DNA from: Azolla caroliniana
Lineage: Eukaryota; Plantae; Polypodiophyta
DNA: 64,000 nucleotides
Assembly (NCBI GenBank): GCA_043228905.1
Contig: JBHGNT010000001.1
Coordinates: forward strand, 23,126,001 to 23,190,000
Reading direction: 5' to 3'
In this document: piece by piece, positions 1-10,768 of the stretch
Position numbering within the stretch: the stretch's first letter is position 1
Layout: every line of letters begins with the position of its first letter
Notes under the pieces: model-generated
Told to the model about the DNA's origin: nothing
Seen by the model: the letters and a program-made list of their open reading frames with translations, nothing else
Databases searched by the model: none
Program-made: the position numbers and the translations under genes

Positions 1-56
1 AAGACCCCCGAGGCCCTGCCTCATTCCACGCATCCGCGAGGAATACCTCGACATCT

Positions 57-73
57 TGGTGAACCCGACGTGA
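57..73 (+). promoter_or_regulatory. Primer-binding site complementary to the 3' end of tRNA-Trp
   Basis: TGGTGAACCCGACGTGA 3 nt after the LTR end. Its reverse complement TCACGTCGGGTTCACCA is the 3' end of plant cytosolic tRNA-Trp(CCA) as recalled, not looked up. Confidence 0.85.
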
Positions 74-1610
74 AAGAGGCGGCAGAAGAGCAGAAGATGA
101 AGGGGTCGGATCTTGCGGAGGCCATGGCTTCGGCCGTGGATCGGGAATTGAGCACACGCGAGGGCACAGGCGCCCTCGACAGAGCCATTGAGGTGGTCGT
201 CGGTACGATCGGCCGTTTCAGCGGGAAGGATGCGGGACATTCCGGAAGAGAGGCGTCTTGCCGGGTTCCCTCAAGTGGCGATGCCGAGCATCCATGCGGA
301 GGTGCTCGAGGTACAAGCAAAGAGTCGTACCTGGGAGGAGTTCGAAGGCCGACTCCTAGAAAAATACGGGCTGGACGACGCGCTCCGGCTTTCGAAACGG
401 GACTTCATGGAATGGGTGGAGTCCCCCGGCAAGGAAAGAAACACGTCGGCACTCCTCCGGGAGTTTGAGGAACGCTTTGCGCGCCTTTCGGCACTTGACC
501 GAACCGTTCTGGATACGAGTCGGGTCCTACTGTTCATCAAGTCGGTGGACGAGCGGGACCGGGATCAAGTCGGCTCCTTGCTAGAGACCGAAGACGGGCT
601 GACGACCGACTGGGCTGCGGTTAAGAGAGTCTGTGGCCGTTTCAACAAACGGCGAGAATGGGCTGACAACGGGGCGGCCGGTGTGGGCTCTGTCACAGCA
701 AGGAGGCTTGAACCGGCACCGCAAGGGCGAAGGGCAGAGACCCGGGAGTGGCTCGAAACCGGGTCGGCTCCGACCGGCATGGTCAATGACTCGTCCGGAG
801 GAGCAGCACTGGAGGAGTTGACGCGGGCGATAAAGGATCTCCAGATCGCCCAGACTCGAAGGGAAGGCGGCGAACCGGCTCGTGACCGACGGCCGGTAGC
901 AGGGAAAAGGTGCATGTGGTGCGACGAGGTCGGCCACATTTGGAAGGACTGCGGCGATTTCGCAGAGGCGTTGAAGAATCGGGTGGTGTACCTATGGGAA
1001 GGCCGGGTGCACGCCGGCAATACCAGAAGGGCCCTAAACCGGTGAAGCGGAAGAGGCTGTCGACGGAGACGGAACCGGAAAGACCGGTGGAGGTGCGGAC
1101 GACGGACATCGACGACTTGGCGCTGGAAGATGAGTGGGCGGAGAGTCACTATTCGAGGCCACACTAGGCCCGAGCAACCACGGAGACCCCGATAAAAATC
1201 GAAGATGTTCAGTAACCGGTGGTGGCACTGGTGGACCACAGTTCGGAAATAAACCTGATGTCCATGGACTTCTATAAGAAGGGAAAGTGGCCGATCAACA
1301 CCAAGCACGGGTGGAAGATACGGGCGGCAACGCGCGCCACCAAGGAACTGCATGGGGCCTGCCCGAATGTGCGAGTCAAGATCGGCGACGTCGAGGTTGA
1401 CCAGCACTTCTTCGTACAGGAGACGTCCTCGCACCCGGTCATATTAGGGGAACCATACATCACGGCGGCACGGATGGAGACCAAGGTGCTAGACAACGGT
1501 TCGGCCTACGCGAGGGTCAAAAGCCAGGACGGGCACCATTCGGTTCAATTTCTAACGGTGCGACCGAACCACGAGCGAAACCGCGAATCCCTTGGTGGCG
1601 AGAACCGGGA

Positions 1611-1675
1611 GGATTTTTAGAGAGGGCTGCCAAGGCGTGGGGCCGAGACAGTCCGGACACTCGGGAAAGACCCCA
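1611..1675 (+). promoter_or_regulatory. Putative -1 ribosomal frameshift signal (slippery heptamer plus pseudoknot) between protease and RT
   Basis: G GAT TTT TAG, 6-nt spacer, stem 1 GGGCTG(1624-29)/CAGTCC(1649-54), stem 2 TGGGG(1638-42)/CCCCA(1671-75). The -1 frame is open. The same structure occurs at 47652-47714. Confidence 0.7.
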
Positions 1676-4531
1676 CAGTTGTACGATAGAACCGAAACCG
1701 AAGAAACCTTGTACGATAGGTAGAAAATTTTGCTTCTCCAACAACGGAGGGTGTATGATAGTCGGCATCGTTGGTCGAGAAAAGGCAAGGGCGGAGGAGC
1801 GACTTCGAGCGTGCGGAGTTCTCGGCCCGGAACATTGCGCTTCATTCAAGACTTGCAGCCGGTCAACAGAGTGACCATTCGGAACGCAGGAATCGGACCG
1901 ACCATAGATGAGTTCGCGGAGGCCTTCGCCGGAAGGTCGATTTACTCGGTCGGTGATCTGTACTCGGGGTACGACCAGTTCCAGCTAGCCGTGGAGAGCA
2001 GAGACATTACGACGATGCAAACTCCCCTCGGCCTAGTGCGAATGTGTACCCTGCCACAAGAAGGGACCAACTCGGTGGCCCACATGGTGAATGCAATGAA
2101 CAAGGTACTGAGGGATTGCCTCCCGGACATCACCATGCCATTTCTAGACAACATCTTGATCAAAGGGTGCCCGGTGGAAGAGAAGGACGAGACACTTGGG
2201 CCAGACGGGTGCCGGCGATTCGTTGCAACACACATCAACGACTGCGAGAAGGTGCTACAAAGGTTAGAGGATGCGAGGCTCACCTTCTCCGGGGAGAAAT
2301 CGGCCTTCGGGCAATCAGAAATCCTGGTGGTCAGACACCTATGTGGACCATATGGCCGGAAGCCGTCTCCGACAAAGGTAGAAGCCATCTCCGCGATGAA
2401 GACCGACTGTAGCTCGGTTACGGAGGTTCAGAGGTTCCTGGGGGCATGCGCATTCTACCACATATGGATCCCGCATTACGCCCACGTTGCGGAGCCGCTA
2501 TACGGGTTGCTAAAGAAGGGGCGAAAATTCGAGTGGCGAGACGAGCACGCGGAGTCGGTTCGGAAGATGAAGGAGGCTCTTGCTGCAGCTCCGGCACTCC
2601 GGAAGGCTGTCTACGAGAAAGGCACTCCCGTCTACATAACGGTATATACGAGTCCGACCAGGATCGGGTGGGTTGTCAACCAAGAAGATGAGGACGGCAT
2701 TCGGTTCCCAATCCGGTTTGGTGCGAAGGTCCTCAGTGAGCAACAACGAGGATACGCCCAGGTTAAACGCGAACTCTGGGGTATCATTTCGGCAGTAAAG
2801 GCCGACAAAGACTACCTGATCGGGACAGAAGTGATTATCCAGACGGATTGCCTGCGAATTCTCGGCATGGTTTCCGGATGCGCGACACCGGACCTGGCGA
2901 TGCTCAGGTGATTAGCGTACATCAAGTCCCTGGACCCGGAAATATGACACATTTCCGGAAAGGACAACGCCATGGCCGACATGCTTTCGAGGGCGAGGTT
3001 TGATGACGAAGGCGGCATGGTTTCGGAGGACGAAGAAGTCGGCGTGGACTTCTTCGAGGCAGCGTACGTGACGACCGATGGGACGAGCACTCCGGCACTT
3101 AACGGCTTTGACGAGAGCAAGTACGACGGCGAGTGGCTACAGATCGGTGGTTTCTTGAGGACAATGACGCCGGATGCGTGATGGACGAAGAACGAGACCA
3201 ACCGGATCCGGAAGAAAGCATACCGATTCTTTCTCCAGGACGGATACTTATGGAAGCACCCGAAGAAGAGGAACGGAGTCCCGCTCCAGGTGGTAGCAAT
3301 GAAGGAAGAACAGGAGGAGCTGTTGACGGCCTACCACGACAGCCCTTGGGCTGGACACCATGGAACGTGGGCCACGTTCAAGAAGATAAAGGGGAAGTAC
3401 TGGTGGCCGGGACTGTACCGGGACGTGCATCGGTTCGTGACAACTTGCGAGAGCTGTCAGATGCACTCCATAGTCCTACATCGGGACGAGCTTCACCCTA
3501 CGTACCCTCCGACCATCCACTTCAAATGGAGGATAGATCTGGTGACGATGCCGATGGGAGTAGGACAGATGCGGTATCTGGTCCTGGCTCGGGAGGATCT
3601 GACGAACCAGGTGGAAGGCCGAGCCCTTCAGAACAAAACGACCGCGGCCGTATGTCGGTTCCTGATCGAGGACGTGATATGCCGGTACGGGTGCGTCGGG
3701 AAGATCGTGGCTGATCGCGAGGAGTTGGACGCCGAAGAGGCCGAGGAGTTGTTCGACCGGCTAGGAGTCAAGCTCTCGCTTACCACTGCGTACAATCCGG
3801 AGGCGAATGGGAAGGTGGAGCGCGGACACGGACCGATCGTCAAGGCGTTAGTTCGGGCATGCGGAGGGCAAGTCGGGAACTGGCCGCGGCTGCTGCCTTA
3901 CGCGTTGTGGGCTGACCGAACTACGCACAGTTCGGTAACCGGATTCATGCCGGTAGAGCTCATGTTTGGGCAGAAGCCGATCATGCCGATGGAACGTACG
4001 ATCTCCTCATGGGCAACCGTGGACTGGAAAGACGAGATGAGCCGGGAGGAACTGTTGGCGGCGCGCATACGACAGCTCGAGCGAAGACCAGAGGACGTGG
4101 AGTAGGCTGCGGGAAAGCTTCGGGTGGCAAGGACGAGGAACAAAGCCCGGTCCGGCTCCGACCAAAGAAGATCGAGGAAAGCGACTGGGTGCTAGTCTAC
4201 GACAGCAGCCTCGACAACCAGCACCGAGCGACACGGAAGTTCGCAAGAAGGTGGTTCGGGCCTTACGTGGTACAAAGCGCCAACGACAACGGGACGTACC
4301 ATCTGGCGGAACTCGACGGCACGAGAATGGCGATACCGGTAGCTGGGAAGCAGATCAAAGCATTCAAGAAGCATCACGACGACGAGCCGGATCCGGTTAA
4401 CCTGGACCGCGACGACGAACGATCAGAAACCGAGGAAGAACCGACGGGCGGGGAATGAAGGCTGGACCGGTTTCCTCTGTCCCAACTCAATTTGGCGCAT
4501 GCCGGTGGATGCGCGGTTAGGTGGGAGCGGA

Positions 4532-5177
4532 TGTCGTGAAGAAAACCGTCCACAAGCGGAATCGGTGCACCGGAGCGTAGGAACCGGCTCTTCATGCACG
4601 TACGCCTTATGTTGTACGTAAGAGAGAATTAGGTACATAGAAGATCCGAGGTAGGTAGATTCGCTAGGTAGGAAGTTAATGGGAAACGGCTCCTTCCTTG
4701 CCTATAAAAGGAGGGAGACGAGGAGGGGGGAAGGATCGCGGTTAGAGAGGACGAAGTGTTGTCGGCTTGTTGGGCGAAGGCTTCTCTCTCTTCCAAACTC
4801 CGTAGCTTCTTTCTGTGCGGGTTTTCGGGAGGCTCGCGCTGCTCTGAGGAATGCCCGAGTGCTTCCGGCGGCACCTCCAACCTACTCCTTTCTTTCTGAG
4901 CGTTTACGAACAGGCATCGGCATCTGTTCGCCGGCTTGTTCGGTTGTAACTGACTTCGTGCTTCTTGTTGTTTGTCCTTGTTAATATATATATATACATA
5001 CATTCGTGTCTCTCTGCGTCGGTGTCCCACTCGCGTCTTTGTGTCGAAGGGTCGTGCCCCTGTGAATCTACGCCCACACGTAGTGGGTCCCTTCCCTTTC
5101 CCTTTGTCTCTTGCTCTTCGGTACAAGACCCCCGAGGCCCCACCTCATTCCACGCATCCGCGAGGAATACCTCGACA
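4532..5177 (+). repeat. 3' LTR of G1 (646 bp)
   Basis: TGTCG...CGACA termini, preceded by a purine-rich PPT-like tract (GGTGGGAGCGGA), TATAAAA near 4703, last 53 bp match 1-53. Confidence 0.92.
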
Positions 5178-7307
5178 TCGTCCCGCACCCTCTCCCGTAT
5201 CAGCACTTTCATGCCGAATCTGGCCCCGATCGAACGATCCACGACCGGATTCTACTCCATACGAATCGGAATGCCGATCTCCTCGTGCCGCTTTCGTCCT
5301 CGGCCTCCTCGTAGGCCGTTTCCCATCCAACTTCTTTGGCATTGTGCCAGGACTCCTCGGTACCGCTATCCATCTCCTCGGTCTTATATGGGCATACGGG
5401 CCCGAATGCCGAGTTCTCCGGAATCGGGTCCGTGGGCTTTCATCCGTTCTTTCCCCGCATCGTCTCGCCGGTGATTCTTGCCCTTTCGCCGCCGCCTTCC
5501 TCCGCTTGGGACTCACATGGGCACTCGGGCCCGACTGCCATCGTCTCAGGAGCAAGTGTGGGAAGACACAAAGAATCGCCCGTCCATTTTGCGCCCTTAT
5601 CCGTAGCCACCGACTCTTCGTGGTCGGCGGTCGTCTTCTTACCGATCGCGCAATGACCGGGATCTCGGGCTGACACGCCCGAAACCGCTGGTCCCAACGT
5701 TCCGGTTCCGCGATCTGTATCTCGGCCTCGTCCTTGACCGTTCTATCTCCGCAAGTCGAGAGGGCGTTTCGTTCCGCACCCTCTCCCGTGGTACTGCGTA
5801 CCGATCTTCCGTCATCGCGTGGGGCAAGTACGTCTTCTCAGTCTCGACTTGTGGCCTCCGTCTTTCCTCTTCCTCGAGCATCGCCTCGAGAGCTGCATAC
5901 GCCTCCGCAAACCTGGCCCCAACGCCGACCCTTGCCGACTCTCTCTGCCGTTCGGCCTCTTCCCGCTGTGATGGCACGCCGTCGCGTACCTTCCTCTTAG
6001 CCTTCTCGGCTCGCTCGTTGTCTAGCCGTTGGCACACCCTTCCAACCTTCGACCAGTCCTCCGTAAGCCCATTGGCTCCGTCATCGTCTTCGAGCTCAAT
6101 CCCGATGGCTTCCCGTTCCACTCGGTCGATCGACCTGACGAACAAAAGGACTTTGTCCGCCCCCACCAAACCTTGTTCCCGCTCTGGGAGCCGGGCAAGC
6201 CGTCGCTTGAACTCTCGGAACGCCTTCGTCGCGCCCCGGTGGGTCTTTGCCGATGCTACCCACTGGTCGAAGTCGTGCCGTCCCCGGCTCTTCCGCCGTC
6301 CTCCGTATGCCTTCAGGAGCGCCACTTCGAAGGCCTCCCACGAACTATGAGCCTCACGGAGCTCCTTTACTTCCGCATGCATCCGGACAGCTACGACCCG
6401 GTAGAAGAACTCCAGCCTGAACGCCTCGTCTACGCCACGCTCCTCCATTTCCGCGTTGTAGGCTTCCAAGTAAGATGGGACTTTGTCCCCGTTGAAATGG
6501 CCGACTCTTTCGACCACTCGCTCAACCGCTTGTTGCGCTGCTTCTTGCCTCATCACCACTCGTGCCGACTCCAACACCACTTCGGCCACCATCTCCGCAA
6601 GGTCGTCATCTTCCGACTCCATCCTCCCTTGCCGCCTTTCACGTCGGGTTCACCAAATATGTCGCGTTACTACGCGCATGCGTGGAGAAACGAGGCGGGA
6701 CCACCGGGGTCTTGAACCGAAGAGCAGGTGATAGGAGGGGAAAGAGAAAGAGAGAGACGACCGGTAGCGTATGAGCAAAGAAACACAGGGGCACGGCCCG
6801 TCAACGCAGAAAACACAAATGGACACAGAGACAGAGAGACACGAATGTTTGTATATTAGCAAATGACACAAAACAATAGAGCACACAAACGGTTACAACC
6901 GAACAGGCCGGCGAACAGATGTCGATGCCTATTCGTCTGTGCACGAAAGGGGATAGGATGGAGGTGCTGCCGGAAGCACACGGGCATTCCTCGAAGCAGC
7001 GCGAGCCTCCCGAAAACCTGCAGAGAAGAGCAATAGAGAACAAACAGAGGAGAAGCGTTCGGTTACGGTCCGACAGCACTTCGTCCTCCTCAATGCGCGA
7101 TCCCTTCTCCCCGTGCCCCCCTCTCTTTTATAGCTTCAGGAAGGGAGCCGTCTCCCTCATTTACTTCCTACCTACCGAATCTAACTACCCCGGATATGCC
7201 TATGTACCTAATTTCCTATTATATACATTAAAGGGCGTGCACGCGTGAAGAGCCGGTTCACGCGCGCTATGCACTGTTTGCGCTAAGGGACGGTTTTCTT
7301 CACGACA
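5178..7307 (-). mobile_element. Related Gypsy element G2: 5' LTR (6660-7307), tRNA-Trp PBS (about 6639-6655) and gag-like ORF (5639-6622), interrupted by G1
   Basis: LTR begins TGTCGTGAAGAAAACCGTCC, identical to the start of the G1 LTR, and ends CGACA. Same PBS. The 327-aa ORF is homologous to G1 gag (VGHFNG, SSWEAFE, DKVLLFVRSID, GLTEDW). Confidence 0.9.
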
Positions 7308-10275
7308 ACGTTAACCATGGAGAAACTGTTGCAGCTAGTCCCACGCTTCCGCCAGACCATGGAAGAACGGGTGACAGGCATACCCGGGGTGAGTATCGCT
7401 ACAAACCTTACAAACGTTAGCTATGGACCGCCGGTAGTGGATCAGCACAACCCGGCTATTACATTAATATTACACGGACAGGAAATTCCTAGATGCGTAA
7501 TCGACGGTAGCTCAGGCGTCAATGTAATTAGCGCGAAAACTTGCGAGCAGTTAGGCATTTCAGAATGGGAGAGGCTTGCCCATTTTGGCTCCGAATGGTA
7601 GATACCCGCTCAGTACGACCATTAGGGTTAATTCGCAAAATAGGCATTATCGTGGGCGGACACCGATTCGACATCTCAGTGGTCGTCCTCGCCTTGGACG
7701 CCCCAGGGGCGTACCCAGTGCTTCTGGGCAGACCATGGCTTCGGGTAGCAAATATCAAGCAGAGCTGGCAACACAAGTGTATCAGTTTCCGACACGGACG
7801 CACCAAGGTTCGCGTACCTACGGAAGGAAGCACGCCACAACCGAAGGGTATAACACCATTATACGCAGAAGATATAAATATGTTGGCTGGGGTGGAGGAT
7901 GCAGAATTAGAGGCATACCTCGACGAGCACCCTCGAATTATTCCGCTATTTGAAATAGACGTCATCGCAACCGCGGCAGAACATGCCACGGCCACTGTTC
8001 TCCAAGACGAGCCTTACGAACCAAACCACAGAGTCCATATTGGAACTCAGCAGAGCACGGGCGGCATTCGAAAGGGAAATGGATATTTCACAATGAGTCA
8101 CCACTTCCGCCCTCAAAGAAGTAAACATGGGTACGGAATCGAAGCCTCGTTTCCTCTCCATCGCAAAGGAATTAAGGCCGGACCAGAGAAAAACGATGAT
8201 CGCACTACTCACGGAATATAAGGATGTGTTCGCTTGGGCTCACGAGGACATGAAGGGGTTAGATCCCAAGTTCTATCAGCATGAGATCAATTTAGCAACC
8301 GACGCGAAACCCGTCCAGCAGCGCCACTACCGCATGAACCCGAACTACGTGACCTGCGTGAAAGAAGAATTTGACAAGCTCCTGAAGGCGGGGTTCATAC
8401 GACCAGTTAAACAAGCGACATGGTTAAGCCCGATAGTGGTCGTTCCAAAGAAAAACAGCAAAATATGGGTATGCGTAGATTACCGAAAATTAAACGTCGT
8501 CACCATTACGGACGCATTTCCTTTACCCTTCACCGATAGCGTACTGGACGCCGTCGCAGGCCATGAGATGTTTCAGTGGCTATAACCAGGTACGCATGCA
8601 TCCCGAGGACCAAGAAAAGACGGCATTTGTCACGGACTGGGGAGTATATGTGGCAGTCGTCATGATGTTCGGGCTAAAGACGGCGCCGGCAACATTTCAA
8701 CGGACAATTATGGAGATCTTTGGGGAATACATTCCGGCGTTCATGCATGTTTTTTTAGAGGACTTTGCGGTATATGGGAGAACAATAGACCATTTTTCGC
8801 ACTTACAACTGTGCCTGGAACGTTGCCGCACCACACGCTTAAGCCTGAATCCCGCGAAATGTGCTTTCGGTGTGACCAACGGGACTCTCCTGGGCCATAT
8901 AGTCAGCAAGGAGGGAATAGCAGTTGACCCGAACAAAATCTCCGCGATTACGCAAGCCAAAACTCCAACAAACGCCAAATCACCCAGTCAGTTTTTAGGA
9001 CAAATACGATGGCATAGTCGAATGATACGGTATTTGGCGGACTTCGCCACGTCGTTATACGCTGTCGTACATCGGACTCCTTTCCAATGGAGTGCAACGG
9101 AGGATAAGGCCTATGAGGCACTTAAGATAATGCTCAAACAGGCTCCCGTCGTACAACCACCAGTTTGGGTGAAGCCATTCCATGTGTTCTTTGACGCCTT
9201 GGACATAGCAATAGGAAGTGCACTAATGCAGCTCACCGAACCAAGCTGGTACCGTCCAGTATACTACGCTAGTTGCAAATTATCAATAGCAAAGCGTAAC
9301 TACTCCACAACGGAGCGGGAGGCGCTAGGGATGATCTATATCATCAATAAATTCTGGCACTATTTATTAGGAAGGAAATTCACGTTCCACGTGGATCATT
9401 CGGCGCTACTGTATTTGGTGGAGAAACAAGCCCTGACAAGGAAATTGGCACGGTGGATGCTGCTACTCCAGGAATTCGATTTCGTAATCCAACACTGACC
9501 AGGGACGCAACACGCAATGGCGGATTTTTTGAGCAGACTTGAGAATGGAGAAACAGTACAGAAAGATGATGATGATTTTCCGGACGCCGATATCCTGCGG
9601 GTAGCGACACTAGCAGAAAGAATGGAATCGACCTTTCCGGACCGGTGGCTTATGGAAATGACGTACTTTTTTACTACGGGACTGCCTCCACCACAATTAC
9701 GCACGGAAACGACTAGCCGTCCAAAGCCGTCACTTCTGCCTCGTCGAAGGTGTTTTATATCACAAAGGAAGTGACAGCATTTGGCGATGTGGGGTACGGC
9801 AGGATGGGAAGGAAGCAGTTTTACGGCAGGCGGCCATTACACGGGTGATGTTACAGCCCGGAAAGTATGGCAGGCGGGCTTATGGTGGCCAACAACGCAG
9901 AAGGACGCATCCGCGTATTGTAGAAAGTGTGATTTGTGTCAACGGATGGGACAGCCCGCGGAGGGCGCAAGGATGCCACACTAGCCCGTATTACCGCTAG
10001 ACCCCTTCCAAAAGTGGGGATTGGATTTTGTGGGGCCCTTCACACCGACGGCAGCCCGTACGGGAAAAGGAGTTCGTCGTGGGTCGAGTAGTGCTGGTTT
10101 TCCAAACTCGCATGGGCCATATGCCGGGGAAGTTACGATTCCGCTGGACCGGCCCGTACTAGATAATTGGAGCGAAACAAGGCATGTTCCAACTAGGTAC
10201 GCTGGCCGGGGAAGTAGTCCAGCAAAAGGTGAATGGGTTTCAGCTCAAACCTTACCTGGGCCCTACGCCACCTAA
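7308..10275 (+). mobile_element. Ty3/Gypsy pol of a different family (G3): protease, RT, RNaseH, truncated integrase; frameshifted
   Basis: CVIDGSSGVNVIS (protease), WVCVDYRKLN/DAFPLP/FGLKTAPATFQR (RT), RPVYYAS..YSTTEREAL (RNaseH), GGHYTG..CRKCDLCQR and WGLDFVGP (integrase N-terminus) followed by a large deletion in the integrase. Confidence 0.9.
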
Positions 10276-10768
10276 CCCATTCACCGTCGAACAAGACAGA
10301 GCCGGAGAACCCGCACCGTAAATGAGCGGCCCCACTTGTACCATAATGTAAAAATAGGTTGTAGATAACCATTACGAAAAAAAAAAAAAAAAAAGAAGGA
10401 GAAGATAGCGACTATTAAAACGACTAAAGGCATGCACAAACTCCTAGTTCAAGAACACGCGGCACCACGATGGGTCACCGCCCAATGAACCCTAAGCCAC
10501 AAAAAGAAGGAAACAGAAGATTCTCTGATTCTCTGTGTATAGCTACGGCTAATCCGTTGTGTGTGTCTGGAAGACCTAAGTGTGTAACAACGTAAGTGTA
10601 ACCCTTGCTAAGGATTCGGTTGTAGCCATCTCCCTTATACGCTGATAGGTTATAGGGAACATTCCCCTACGCATTACGCTTAGACGCCTATTCGTTGTTC
10701 CACACCCACTTGGAGGTCTAGGTCGAAGGACTTACCGCGGACCGTGTTCCTAATCGGCAACAATCTGA

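Larger units (their letters stand above)
1..5177 (+). mobile_element. Ty3/Gypsy LTR retrotransposon (element G1), decayed; most of the 5' LTR lies left of the window
   Basis: End of 5' LTR at 1-53 matches the end of the 3' LTR. Gag with CCHC knuckle (CMWCDEVGHIWKDC, 188-1045), protease (LVDHSSEINL, 1219-1620), RT/RNaseH (about 1830-2990; GDLYSGYDQF, FLDN from FLDD), integrase (3290-4105; HDSPWAGHHG..CESCQ, DLV, NGKVERGH) in Gypsy order. Internal stops and deletions. Confidence 0.95.

Noticed and set aside
2900-4110. Stop-codon readthrough or recoding in G1 pol
   Set aside because: The stops fall at Trp/Arg/Gln positions (TGG/CGA/CAG transitions), consistent with mutational decay.
21-6800. 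Many overlapping and antisense ORFs in G1/G2
   Set aside because: Expected in GC-rich retroelement sequence; no recognisable domains.
10377-10394. Poly(A) tail of a retrocopy
   Set aside because: It lies in the 3' non-coding region of Gypsy G3, with no TSD or processed gene upstream.
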